This document shows, piece by piece, positions 38,095-51,323 of a DNA stretch of 64,000 nt. Location: NCBI GenBank assembly GCA_964016885.1, contig OZ024763.1, positions 13,764,001-13,828,000 of the forward strand, read 5' to 3'. Origin of the DNA: Eledone cirrhosa. Taxonomy: Eukaryota. The notes under the pieces were generated by a model, which worked only from the letters and a program-made list of their open reading frames with translations, had not been told where the DNA came from and did not search any database. Numbering within the stretch: the first letter of the stretch is position 1; every line of letters begins with the position of its first letter. Position numbers and translations under genes: made by a program.

Positions 38095-39740
38095 AGGAGA
38101 GAGAGAGAGAGAGAGAGAGATGGAAGGAGAGAGAGAGAGAGAGAGAGAGAGAGGGAAGGAGAGAGAGAGAGAGAGAGAGAGAGAGGGATGGAGAGAGAGA
38201 GAGAGAGAGATGGAGAGAGAGAGAGAGAGAGATGGAAGGAGAGAGAGAGAGAGGGGGATGGAAGGAGAGAGAGAGAGAGAGGGATGGAAGGAGAGAGAGA
38301 GAGAGAGAGGGATGGAAGGAGAGAGAGAGAGAGAGGGATGGAAGGAGAGAGAGAGAGAGAGGGATGGAAGGAGAGAGAGGGGGATGGATGGAGAGAGAGG
38401 GATGGAAGGAGAGAGAGAGGGGGATGGATGGAGAGAGAGGGATGTATATAGAGAGAGAGAGGGATGGAAGGTGAGAGAGAGAGAGGGGGGAAAGGGATGG
38501 AAGGAGAGAGAGGCATGGAAGGTGAGAGAGAGAGAGGGGGGAAAGGGATGGAAGGAGAGAGAGGCATGGAAGGAGAGAGAGAGAGAGAGGCATGGAAGGA
38601 GAGAGAGAGAGAGGGGGATGGAAGGAGAGAGAGAGAGAGAGGGGGATGGAAGGAGAGAGAGAGAGAGAGGGATGGAAGGAGAGAGAGAGAGAGAGGGATG
38701 GAAGGAGAGAGAGAGGGGGATGGATGGAGAGAGAGGGATGTATATAGAGAGAGAAAGGGATGGAAGGTGAGAGAGAGAGAGGGGGGAAAGGGATGGAAGG
38801 AGAGAGAGAGAGAGGGGGATGGATGGATAGAGAGAGAGGGGGATGGAGAGAGAGAGGCATGGAAGGAGAGCGAGAGAGATGGATGGAGAGAGAGGGGGAT
38901 GGAAGGAGAGAGTGAGAGAGAGGGATGGAAGGAGAGAGAGAGAGAGGGATGTAGAGATGGAAGGAGAGAGAGAGGGATGGAAGGAGAGAGAGGGATGGAA
39001 GGAGAGGGAGGGATGGAGGGAGGGAGGGATGGAAGGAGAGAGGGGATGGAAGGAGAGAGGGGATGGAAGGAGAGAGAGAGAGGGGATGGAAGGTGAGAGA
39101 GAGAGAGGGATGGAAGGTGAGAGAGTAGGGATGGATGGATAGAGAGAGGAATGGATGGAGAGAGAGGGGGATGGATGGAGAGAGGGAAATGGATGGATAG
39201 AGAGAGGAATGGATGGAGAGAGAGAGGAAGAGGGATGGAGAGAGAGGGAGTATGAGAGAGCGGGTAGGAGAGAGAGCGGGTAGGAGAGAGAGAGGGATGG
39301 AAGGAGAGAGATGGATGGATAGAGAGAGGAATGGAAGGAGAGAGGGAGTAGGGATGGATGGATAGAGAGAGGAATGGAAGGAGAGGGAGAGAGAGAGAGA
39401 GAGAGAGGGATGGAGAGAGAGAGAGAGAGAGGGATGGAGAGAGAGAGAGAGAGAGATGGAGAGAGAGAGAGAGAGGGATGGAGAGAGAGGGATGGAGAGA
39501 GAGAGAGGGATGGAGAGAGAGAGATGGAAGGAGAGAGAGAGAGAGAGGGATGGAAGGAGAGAGAGAGAGAGAGGGATGGAAGGAGAGAGAGAGAGGGAGA
39601 GGGATGGAGAGAGGGATGGAGAGAGAGGGAGAGGGATGGAGAGAGGGATGGAGAGGGATGGAGAGAGGGATGGAGAGAGAGGGAGAGGGGTGTAAGTAGA
39701 GAGAGGGATGGATGTAGAGAGAGAGGGATGGAGAGAGCTG
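34696..39740. repeat. 5-kb purine-rich satellite built of (GA)n + GGATGGAA
   Basis: + strand nearly C-free; internal higher-order duplications (about 35.2-35.9 kb vs 37.0-37.65 kb). Confidence 0.97.
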
Positions 39741-39767
39741 AGAAATAGGAAAACATGTAAGACTTAC

Positions 39768-39840
39768 TTTTTTGTGATGTCAAATAAAGTTTGACAGTAC
39801 TTTTAGATTTTACAATTATAGGAATGACTCGACATGGTAA
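39768..39840 (-). CDS. Candidate internal exon (LPCRVIPIIVKSKSTVKLYLTSQK)
   Basis: Acceptor TTTTCTTTCTTGTGTAG, donor GTAAGT, only one open frame; phase does not directly join the 44162 exon. Confidence 0.5.
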
Positions 39841-40584
39841 CTACACAAGAAAGAAAATATACAGAAAGTAATATAATTGTTTCTACTTTTGGCACAAGTC
39901 CAGCAATTACCCACTGGTAATTTATTTTATCGACCCCGTAATGATGAAAGACAGTTAACCTCGGCCGGATTTGAACTCAGAATGGAAAGGGGCGTAATTC
40001 TATGCGTCAAAGCATGGCGTCCGACGGTGTAGTGTGGTGATATGTGTGGTGATGTGTGTGGTGTGGTGTGTAGAAGGTAATGTGCATTGTGTAGTGTGTA
40101 GAGTATAATGTGTGGTGTGTAGAACATAATGTGTGGTCAGTGATGTGTATGGCGTGGTGTGTGCACATGGTGTATGAGTACATGTGTGGAGTATGTGGTG
40201 TGTAACGAGGGTGTGGTGTAATTGTGTGTATGTGTGAGTGTTTAATGTGCTGTGTTAATGAGTGGACTGGAGTAAAAAGGAGTCACACAATCTTTAAAAG
40301 ACCCTAAATTAACTTGCCCTTATTACTATATATACTCAAATAAAAAAGGGATCGGCTTATAATTGAGAAATAGGACAGAATCCAAACCCCATTTATAAGC
40401 CATGGTGGCTAATCAACAGACGACAGTTTTGAAATTCTCATGAGTGGAGAATATATTTATGAAGTTTTAAGTGTCATTTAGAGTATAGTTTTTATTTCAC
40501 TTCTTTATGTAATGAGTTACCATTTTCTGATTGATTTCAAGGTCATATTCATTAAAATCATCAAACATAATAGCAAATACAAAT

Positions 40585-42830
40585 TTCACCTCCAAATTGA
40601 AACTGGTGTAATATATCCACCACCAAAGTGAAACTGGTGTAATATATCCACCTCCAAAGTGTAAACTGGTGTAATATTCCAAAGTGTAAACTGGTGTAAT
40701 ATTCCAAAGTGTAAACTGGTGTAATATTCCAAAGTGAAACTGGTGTAATATTCACCTCCAAAGTGAAACTGGTGTAATATATCCACCACCAAAGTGAAAC
40801 TGGTGTAATATATTCACCTGCAAAGTGAAACTGGTGTAATATATTCACCTGCAAAGTGAAACTGGTGTAATATATCCACATCCAAAGTGAAACTGGTATA
40901 ATATATTCACCTGCAAAGTGAAACTGGTGTAATATTCTAAAGTGAAACTGGTGTAATATTCACCTCCAAAGTGTAAACTGGTGTAATATTCCAAAGTGAA
41001 ACTGGTGTAATATTCACCTCCAAAGTGTAAACTGGTATAATATTCCAAAGTGAAACTGGTGTAATATTCCAAAGTGAAACTGGTGTAATATATCCACCAC
41101 TAAAGTGAAACTGGTGCAATATTCACCTGCAAAGTGAAACTGGTGTAATATATGCACATCCAAAGTGAAACTGGTGCAATATTCACCTACAAAGTGAAAC
41201 TGGTGTAATATTCCAAAGTGAAACTGGTGTAATATTCACCTCCAAAGTGTAAACTGGTGTAATATTCCAAAGTGAAACTGGTGTAATATATTCACCTGCA
41301 AAGTGAAACAGGTGTAATATATCCACATCCAAAGTGAAACTGGTGCAATATTCACCTACAAAGTGAAACTGGTGTAATATTCCAAAGTGAAATTGGTGTA
41401 ATATTCCAAAGTGAAACTGGTGTAATATTCCAAAGTGAAACTGGTGTAATATTCCAAAGTGAAACTGGTGTAATATTCCAAAGTGAAACTGGTGTAATAT
41501 TCACCTCCAAAGTGCAAACTGGTGTAATATTCACCTCCAAAGTGTAAACTGGTGTAATATTCACCTCCAAAGTTTAAACTGGTGTAATATTCCAAAGTGA
41601 AACTGGTGTAATATTCCAAAGTGAAACTGGTGTAAAATTCACCTCCAAAGTGTAAACTGGTGTAATAATCCAAAGTGAAACTGGTGTAATATATTCACCT
41701 GCAAAGTGAAACAGGTGTAATATATCCACATCCAAAGTGAAACTGGTGCAATATTCACCTACAAAGTGAAACTGGTGTAATATTCCAAAGTGAAATTGGT
41801 GTAATATTCCAAAGTGAAACTGGTGTAATATTCCAAAGTGAAACTGGTGTAATATTCACCTCCAAAGTGTAAACTGGTGTAATATTCCAAAGTGAAACTG
41901 GTGTAATATTCCAAAGTGAAACTGGTGTAATATTCCAAAGTGAAACTGGTGTAATATTCCAAAGTGTAAACTGGTGTAATATTCCAAAGTGAAACTGGTG
42001 AAATATTCACCTCCAAAGTGAAACTGGTTAATATATCCACCACCAAAGTGAAACTGGTGTAATATATCCACCACCAAAGTGAAACAGGTGTAATATATCC
42101 ACATCCAAAGTGAAACTGGTGTAATATATCCACCTCCAAAGTGAAATTGGTGCAATATTCACCTACAAAGTGAAACTGGTGTAATATTCCAAAGTGAAAT
42201 TGTTGTAATATTCCAAAGTGAAACTGGTGTAATATTCCAAAGTGAAACTGGTGTAATATTCCAAAGTGAAACTGGTGTAATATTCCAAAGTGAAACTGGT
42301 GTAATATTCACCTCCAAAGTGTAAACTGGTGTAATATTCCAAAGTGAAACTGGTGAAATATTCACCTCCAAAGTGAAACTGGTGTAATATTCCAAAATGA
42401 AACTGGTGTAATATTCCAAAGTGAAACTGGTGTAATATTCCAAAGTGAAACTGGTGTAATATTCTAAAGTGAAACTGGAGTAATATTCACCTCCAAAGTG
42501 TAAACTGGTGTAATATTCCAAAGTGAAACTGGTGTAATATTCACCTCCAAAGTGTAAAATGGTGGAATATTCTAAAGTGAAACTGGTGTAATATTCACCT
42601 CCAAAGTGTAAACTGGTGTAATATTGCAAAGTGAAACTGGTGTAATATATACACCACCAAAGTGAAACTGGTGCAATATTCACCTACAAAGTGAAACTGG
42701 TGTAATATTCCAAAGTGAAACTGGTGTAATATTCACCCCAAAGTGTAAACTGGTGTAATATTCCAAAGTGAAACTGGTGTAATATTCACCTCCAAAGTGA
42801 AACTGGTGCAACATTCATCTCCAAAGAGAA
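40585..42830. repeat. Minisatellite, core CAAAGTG(T)AAACTGGTGTAATAT with 2-8 nt variant linkers
   Basis: Direct reading; roughly 85-90 units. Confidence 0.96.
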
Positions 42831-43332
42831 AATATTATAGCACCTCATTTACATATAATTTTTAAGTTGGTGAAATCAAAATATTGACCTCGAAGACAAG
42901 TCCTCCTCCCTATTTTACCATCAATATTTTGTCTCATTTATCGACATATATACAAGTATATACAATATTTACTTTACATAAATTATCAAAAGATTTGCTA
43001 TTTATGTAAACAGAATTATCCGAAACTAAATCTAATAAAATTTCTTTTAATTAAATTTAAGAAAAAAAAAATAGTTTGAAAGAAAACTAGAGATCACTGC
43101 TCCGACCAAGGTGTAGGAGTCACTGATTTTGACCAAGGTGTAGGGGTCACGACATACAAAATAAACAGTACTCACTGTAAATGTGGTTAGCGTTTGGAAA
43201 GGCTTCCAGCTGTTAAAGCGAAGCCAAGATCAGTTCTGTATGAGCAAGACATGGTCACCTGACCTGGCTTTGCCCACAATAGGACAACTCGTCTAACCCA
43301 TGCAAGCGTAGAAAAATGGACATTAAATTGTG

Positions 43333-43374
<42 letters not shown>

Positions 43375-43376
43375 GT

Positions 43377-43407
<31 letters not shown>

Positions 43408-44062
43408 TCTCGGGTTCAATCGAGGGGGAAACCACAGTAGGTAAAGTACTCAATACATTAGTAGAGTATATACAAAATATAATATAGAAATAGCTTCTAC
43501 AGGACTAGGAATATTTCATTCGAAGGAAATCATTAGGAAAGCCCCGATTTCCTTGAAATGAAAGTTCTAGTCCTGTAGAAGTCATTTCTATATCATTCTG
43601 TTGACAAAGGGTTTCTCCCTACGAACGAAAATCCAGTTATATGATGCCTGTGTGAGATGGGCAGCAACTGCGGAGGATATGCGACGGCTGGAGAGAAATG
43701 AATCAAGCATGCTCCGTTGGATGTGCAATGTCAATGTGTGTGAACGACCAAGTATAGACGAGTTGAAAAAGAAACTGGGAATAAGAGGGATAAGTTGTGG
43801 TGTGCAGGAGAGAAGACTGCGATGGTATGGACATGTGATGCGCATGGAGGATGACCGCTGGGTAAAGAAGTGCCAAGAAATCCCAGTAGAAGGAAGATGC
43901 AGTAGAGGAAGACCACGAAAATCATGGGCAGGAGTGGTGAGAGCTGACCTCAGATCGCTGAAACTCACAGATGACGACGAAGGACAGTGACGATGGAGAG
44001 ATGCTGTGCTGAATAGGACCCGTCCCACCCTTGCAAGCAGGAAAACTCAGACGTATGAAAAG

Positions 44063-44099
<37 letters not shown>

Positions 44100-44161
44100 A
44101 GAATCAAATATACTACTTGACCAATATACTAATATGTATAGATAATATAGATATAACAAAC

Positions 44162-44304
44162 CTGTTGGTATAAACATCAACACTGGTAGACTCCTTCAGT
44201 ACAGGAGAGGGGCAGATGATACTCCTGGCTTGTGTTTGATCAATAGCATCACTCCTTCCCTCTGGCACATAAATTTCTATTTGGTAGTGACCAGTTGTTT
44301 CCTC
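44162..44304 (-). CDS. Candidate internal exon (EETTGHYQIEIYVPEGRSDAIDQTQARSIICPSPVLKESTSVDVYTN)
   Basis: Acceptor TTTCTTTCTTAGTAG (distal AG), donor CAG|GTTTGT; single open frame, phase 0 matching the 45125 donor. Confidence 0.6.
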
Positions 44305-44378
44305 CTACTAAGAAAGAAATACCACCAGGGGTCAGAAGGTTAATTTATGAGTTTTATTTATTTAGTTTATGTATCATA

Positions 44379-44460
44379 TACAGGGTGTCCCCAAAAAATG
44401 TATACACGCTTCAACAATATTCTTATAAATATGTGTATGCATTTTGGGGGGTAACCCTTT
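44379..44460. mobile_element. Short Tc1/mariner-type MITE remnant
   Basis: TA-CAGGGTGTCCCCAAAA...TTTTGGGGGGTAACCCT imperfect TIRs. Confidence 0.5.
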
Positions 44461-44765
44461 ATTTGTGGCTGAATTTTTGTGGTGGTGGTGGAAGGTTATT
44501 GTAGCTGAGGGAAGGAAGGAAGGGAGGGAGAATGTAGATTGTATGTGTGTTGACTGTGCGTGCGTGTGTGTGTAAGTAGAAGAGAGAGAGAGAACCTGAG
44601 ATGGGAGAGACACATACATGTATGTGTGTCTCCCATCTCACGTTCTCTCTCCCTTCTACTTGCACATGTGTATGTGTGTGTGTACCCCAACTCTTGGAGG
44701 AGTCGGGGCGCCATAAAGATGTAGAGTGTGCCTTGGGCATTTATAAACCTGGTGGAGCCCATCTC

Positions 44766-44805
<40 letters not shown>

Positions 44806-44837
44806 GAGAGAAAGAGAGAACACATACGCATGTTTAA

Positions 44838-45056
44838 CCCTTTAGCATTTAAACCGGCCATATCTGGCCAGAATTCTCTCACTTCTTTCTGTTCAAACCG
44901 ACCGTAGCTAGCCACACATACTGATGTTAAGGTATTGTTTTCAACGTAAATAATATCATCATCAAAATCTCAGATTCGATGTGAATAATTATGTGAGATC
45001 AAGTCTTTACTGTGAAAATACAATAGTAGATATAGAGTAATGTGAATGCTAAAGTG
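44838..45056. mobile_element. piggyBac-type MITE
   Basis: TTAA|CCCTTTAGCATT ... AATGCTAAAGTG|TTAA. Confidence 0.75.
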
Positions 45057-45124
45057 TTAAATACACACAAACACACACACAAACATACATATACACAGCC
45101 TTAATATAAACCAACAATACTTAC

Positions 45125-45310
45125 CATAGATATACAGTGTTGTTTACCATCTCCGGTCAGTTTAAACTGGAGATGGTAGACAGCCAGACCAATCTCAGAG
45201 ATAATATTTACGTTTATGTTGACAGAGGGCAAATGGGTGGGTATTGGTGTGGTCAGCCAGAACAATGACGTCCCCTTCTTCTGTAAGGTTGCCAGGACGG
45301 GACTGGGTCA
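45125..45310 (-). CDS. Candidate exon, 62 codons, first codon TGA ([U]PSPVLATLQKKGTSLFWLTTPIPTHLPSVNINVNIISEIGLAVYHLQFKLTGDGKQHCISM)
   Basis: Acceptor GTTTTGATTTTGTAG, donor ATG|GTAAGT, 186 nt; frame continuous with the 44304 exon. Confidence 0.55.
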
Positions 45311-45409
45311 CTACAAAATCAAAACAATATTTGTTATATGAACAGTGTGTGTGTGAGTAGGGGGGTAATTTTTTGTGTGGGGGTTAATTTAGAGAATATA
45401 GGGTTAACA

Positions 45410-45705
45410 TCAACAATGTGGAGGTAATATGGCTAACATGAAGAGTGTGGTGTGTGTGTGTATGTGGGGGGCTAACATGAAGAGTGCGGTGGCGGGGGGG
45501 GGGGTAAACATGGCGAGAGTGCGGTGGGGGGCAAACATGGCGAGTGTGTGATGGGGGGCAAACATGGCGAAAGTGTGTGATGGGGGGACAAACATGGCGT
45601 GAGTGTGATGGGGGGACAAACATGGCGAGAGTGTGTGTGTGGGGGGACAAACATGGCGAGAGAGTGTGTGTGTGGGGGCTAACATGGAGATAGTGTGGGG
45701 GCTTT
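45410..45705. repeat. AACATGGCGAGAGTGTG..GGGGG minisatellite
   Basis: About 9 units of 26-35 bp. Confidence 0.85.
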
Positions 45706-46324
45706 TGAACAGGAGGGGATATAGTATGCGTGTAGTTGTAGAAGGGTAACGTGTGTGTGTGTGTGTGTAGAGAGAGAGAGGGGCACGTGGCCTAGTGGTA
45801 AGGGTCTTGGACTTACAATCATAACATCGTGGGTTCGATTCCTGGGTTCTGTGTTGTGTTCTTGAGCAAAACACTTCATTTCACGTTGCTCCAGTAAACT
45901 CAGCTGAAAATGAGTACCAACAATAGATGGAGGTTTAACCCTGCGATGGACTGGCACCCTGTCGAGGGTGGTGTCTTGTACTCTCAGTCGCTTCATGCCA
46001 TAATGCATTGAAAATCTAAGTCGTTTAACTACAGAGGTACAACGTCAAACCATTCTAGCCCATTACTATAAAAAGTTATTTCAAAAATAAATAGATGATA
46101 AATAGAAAAAGAGAAATGGGGAATACATATACATACACAAATATATATATATATATATTTATTTATTAAAATAACAGATTAAAGTTTAAGCAAAGAATCG
46201 CTGCTTTCACCCTTAACGGGATCTGTTATTTTAATAAATATTTGCTGTACGGTTCTTATATATTTGATATATATTCATCCTTATCGAGCCCTCTTTGGAT
46301 TTTAGTCTTCAAATTTATTATTAT

Positions 46325-46394
<70 letters not shown>

Positions 46395-46403
<9 letters not shown>

Positions 46404-47215
46404 AGTGAGTTTTATTATTTATGGAAATATAATAATATCCCCCACCCCTATATATATATATATATATATATAGGGGTGGGGGATATTATTATATTGCCAG
46501 AAATAATAAAACTCACTTTTTGGTTTGGGTTGGATTTCACTTCCATATATTTTATATCTATCCCTATAGTTAATTTAACTAGCAATCAATGTTTTATTGA
46601 TTGACCAACAGTTTTATATATATATATAGTCTCCCAGAGTTCTTTCGTCACACACCTGTGACATCAGTGATACTATTGTTTCTTCCTGTTGTATTGTAAT
46701 GATGGTACAACAACCAATCAAAGGCCATAAGAAAGATTAAAGTGGTAGAAAAGCCAGGATCTACTATAAAATCCCTGAATTAGGGAAGCAACTGAAATAG
46801 AACCAAGAAAACCGAAGTAGAACAGAAAACTTGAATGGAACAACAACAACCATACAAATACACACTAGTGACCAAAGATAGAATACAAACACGAACACAA
46901 ACCAAACAGAAAACGCGCATAGAAACACATTCGGAAATCGAGACAAATAAATAAACAATTGAATAAGTAAACATTACAATACAACGGGAGGAAACAATAA
47001 TATCACTGATGATGTCACAAGTGTGTGATGAAAGAATTCAGACTATAAATAAATATATATATATATAAACAGTTGGTCAATCAATGATAAACATTGATTG
47101 CCAGCTAAATTAACTATAGGGATGTAGAATATACGGAAGCCAAAACCAACCCAACCCAAACTGTTTTATTATATATTTCTAGCAATACTATAACAATATG
47201 ACCCTCCCCAAATAT
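46395..47215. mobile_element. Nested Penelope-like foldback elements with hammerhead-like core
   Basis: 46.53-46.70 kb is inverted relative to 46.97-47.16 kb; CTGATGA-TGTCACA(AGTG)TGTGAT-GAAAG near 47007-47035. Confidence 0.6.
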
Positions 47216-50200
47216 AATTTGTTTCGACATGCGATTTCATATAAAAAAACGTTGCAAACAAATTAGTTCGGATCTAGCTGTCGAAACATCTAGCTTCTGT
47301 GTTTTTTTTTCTTTTGTTTTTCCTTTCCCTTTCCTTTATATTATATTATATTATATTATATTATATATTTGTTTGTGCTTTCGTTCTGTAAATATTGTAT
47401 TATATTTCTTTTTATAAGAAATATAATACAATTTTAAGGGCAGTAGATTGGCAGTATCAGTAGAGAGTCGGACACCATGCTTTGCAGCAAAGAGTCACGG
47501 CCCTTTACGCTCTCAGTTCAAATCCCGCTGAGGTTAACTTTACCTTTCATCCTTACGGGGTCGATAAAATAAAGTACCAGTCATGCACTGGGATAATTGC
47601 TGGCCTTGTGCCAAAAGTAGAAACAATGATATTTCTTTTTATACAAAATAAAATTTAAATCATCTATAATACTTAGATACAACAATACAATAAAAATATT
47701 GCAAATGAGAGGTGTCATTTACCTTTAATCTCACCTCTTCCCATTAGATCTATATTTTTCTTCTGGAATACTGTATTAACATTTATATTTTCATGTCTAT
47801 ATTATTAAGTATTAAGGTTGTTTTATAATATTTAGAATACAGACAAGGGGAAGTAGGGAAGGGATAATTATTTAAACAATGATCTCTCGACTCCATCTTT
47901 ATTTAGCTTACCCCAGGGTTTCCCAACCTGGGCGATTTCATATATACGGACACACATATATTCATTAATAGCCCTTCTTTAATATTTAACTCTGCACCTT
48001 AAGCATTGAGCACACCTCGCTTCGGCTATTGGCGTCTAGTATACTGTACCACACTTTTTTGTCTCCTCTTTTCTTATGATACATATCTTCTCTTTAATAT
48101 ATACATATATATATATATATGCACACATACATGCATAAACACTTCTATGCAAATACTCATACAGATATATTAAAAACACATATATACCAGCATAATAACG
48201 ATTGACAAACCATTAGGACACATGCTTGCTCGTGTGAAAACCGAACTCGCTACTCTACGTACACTGACGGAAACAGATATGTACATAAACACACAAACAG
48301 AACTGGTATGACTTATATAGGTACATCAAAGATTTTGTTCCAATATTGAACCATTCGAGGTAGTTAGAACGAAGTAGCAGTGTAGTACTGGGGTCAATTC
48401 TTCTATATCTCTTTCTTAATTCCTTTCTCTCACTCTATATCCGTCTCAGGAAAACATAACCTATCTGGGGTAGAGATCGGATCTGTCACCTTATACAAAA
48501 TGCCCCGAACACCCCGAATGTCAACTCCCTCACAAGTTATAGGTCCCTACATACGTACATAGAAACATCAGAGATATCTTTTATATCTTTCACTCGATAA
48601 TGCTAGACAAGTATTCCGTGAGTAAGAAAGGAATGTTTGCGATATGACGGGAGAACCTCTCTGAATAAATATTAGATAGTTCAGATGCTACGTAAAGCAG
48701 GCGGCGACAACATCGAAGACCAGAGATGCCATGTGGAAATGGACATCGACATAACACACATAGGGTTACCTTATAATCATAGACATTTGGGCTTATGAAC
48801 ACACACACACACACACACACATATACATATATACGGGTGCACAGGTGTACGGAGTTCTCATGTCGCCACTAAGGATTCCGCCAGATGTCCCGTCACACAT
48901 CTCTACACCTTCCATTAAATGTTGATTAGTAAATATATAGTAAGTATATATCACATGTAAGAGGGAAAGCCATAGCAAGTGTTGAGGATAAGAGACGTGT
49001 GGAATTAATAATAAAAATATTGTTAAAATTATTAATAGTAGTAGTTGTCACAATAAAGTGGGGAAGACAACATTATTATAAATAGTTATAATTGTTTCTA
49101 CTTTAGGCACAAGGCCAGCAATTAACCAGTACATTACTGGTACTTTATTTTATCGACCCCGTCAGGATGAAAGGCGTTGTTTAGAGGGCGGTGGATTGGC
49201 AGTATCAGTAGAGGGTCGGACGCCATGCTTTGACGTATAGAGTTACGGCCCTTGCCATTCTGAGTTCAAATCCCGCCGAGGTTAACTTTGCCTTTCATCC
49301 TTACAGGGTCGATAAAAGAAAGTACCAGTAATGTACTGGGTAATTGCTGGCCTTGTGCCAAACGTAGAAACAATTATTATAAATACTTATATACACACAA
49401 GCTTAAACAGGTATACATACGTACGCTTATCTAGACTCGTACGTACATAAACGTTTATAAATAAAAGCCGAAGCTGATAAAAAGAACATAGCTTACCATA
49501 TCGAATTTGGAAGGATGCACATAACGTTGCTTCAACATGGTCCCATCAGCATTTGCTGATACGATTATTGCATACGCAACACAAGTTTAAAGGGCTATCT
49601 GTTTAGAAACCATCAAGCCAGGCCACCATCTAGACACTGAGGTATGACAGTTGAAGGACATCAGGTGGTTATAGCTTCAAATCAAACCTAAAGAGATAAA
49701 AATAAAATCATGATATATTTTCTGAAAACTACAGAATAGTAAAAGACATGTCGACACCTTTGCGGTATTAATAAGACTGAGAAAGGTATGAACGCCACCA
49801 CGTCAATTAAGCTTCGAAAATAGAAAGTAGGTTTATATATCTATTAATTTTCATTTTCTTCCCCAATTCTGTATTTTGAAGTGCTTTCATTATTTTAAAT
49901 ATTTCTATCATGTCACTCGTTTGATTAATCTCCTCCAAAGTTGTAATTCTATGTGTTTGTCCTTGGTATAGTGAACTAATGTTGATATTTTCAAGTCTTG
50001 ACATTTATATGGAATAGTGTCCTAATATTTAAATAGTCTTTATATTTTTATCCTGCTCCCCTAAGATTTATCTCCTCTAAATTTACAAAAGTTCACATTT
50101 CTTTCACAAGATAGATCCTTAAATAATTATAGTGTTTTCTGTTTTCTTCTTCTCTTGGTTGCTTCATGAGCCTCACCGTTTTTGCGGATGTCGGTTGACA

Positions 50201-51288
50201 ATTTTCTCAGTGGTATCATACATATTCATCTAGAGTTTTAAATTTTTCAGCAATTAGCTAGGGAACAGAATGTTTTATTATTTCTATTATCCGTCTCCCT
50301 CTTTTGCTTCAACATGGTTAACCGTATTTCAATTCATATTCATACATATTCACAATTCTTCTGTGAGGGGTATAAGAAGCTCGTTTTTTGCTCCACATTC
50401 GATACCAAATCATGCTTCCTTTTTATAACTTCGTTGTACAAATATAATAATTAAAGTATATATAAGCAATGTATATATATATAGATAGCTTCTTATTAAC
50501 TCTTTCCCGAAACATTTATTTCTTCAAAATAAGGTAAGACATATCCCGAATAATATTGTAAGGTGTCTCAATAATTATTTCATTTCAATCAATTTTTCAT
50601 TTCAGTTTTCTTTAGAAATATCTTGGCGTTGAAGATTTGTCCTTCTCATAGTAATTAGCTTGTCTCAAAATTGTTCGCAGTGTTTCCATGTTTAGTGTCA
50701 CAAACTATCGTTAATTCTAATGTAATAAATGTTACTTTTAAAAGAGTGAAGCTCTCAATTTTTTCTTTCTTTTGTATATTGATATCTAATGAATGACAAA
50801 TGTATGTTATGTGATAGGAGAAAACACACACAGCCTTCTTCCCTCGCTATAGAAGGCTAACTGACAATGTCGTTCGTAGGAGTAACAAGTCACCTCTTAC
50901 TGCCTTTTATATACCATGTGAACTGGAAAGATTTGCCAAGTATGGATACACTCTCTCCTTATCAATATTGTCCGAGTCCGAGGACATTTTCTCTCTGGTT
51001 AAGGAGTGAGAAGAAATATTAGGGATCAATCTCTAGCAATAATTTAATTAAATTATATTTAACCAAAGCTGTTATGTCGTGGTTGTTGTTATATTTTATA
51101 GTCGTGGTTTCAATGTTTATCAGGGGTTGTAGAATTAGTTTTATCAAATTATTATCAAACAAAAATGATGTATATATTGTCGTTGTACGTTGAAATCACA
51201 TATATAGATTTATATACACACCAAGGATGGAGGGAAGACGGAATTGAAAACCATTATTGCTGAGCACAACATTGCAGGATCAAATATA

Positions 51289-51323
<35 letters not shown>

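Noticed and set aside
34646-39783. 1100-1400 aa S/L/P-rich and E/R/G-rich ORFs
   Set aside because: Open in several frames only because the TC-rich strand of the satellite cannot form stop codons
40521-40600. Exon FVFAIMFDDFNEYDLEINQKM with GTAACT donor bridging the 44.2 and 39.8 kb exons
   Set aside because: No convincing acceptor or phase-2 start; abuts the minisatellite
40585-42830. CRISPR-like repeat-spacer appearance
   Set aside because: Linkers are 2-8 nt and recur; eukaryotic context; no cas genes
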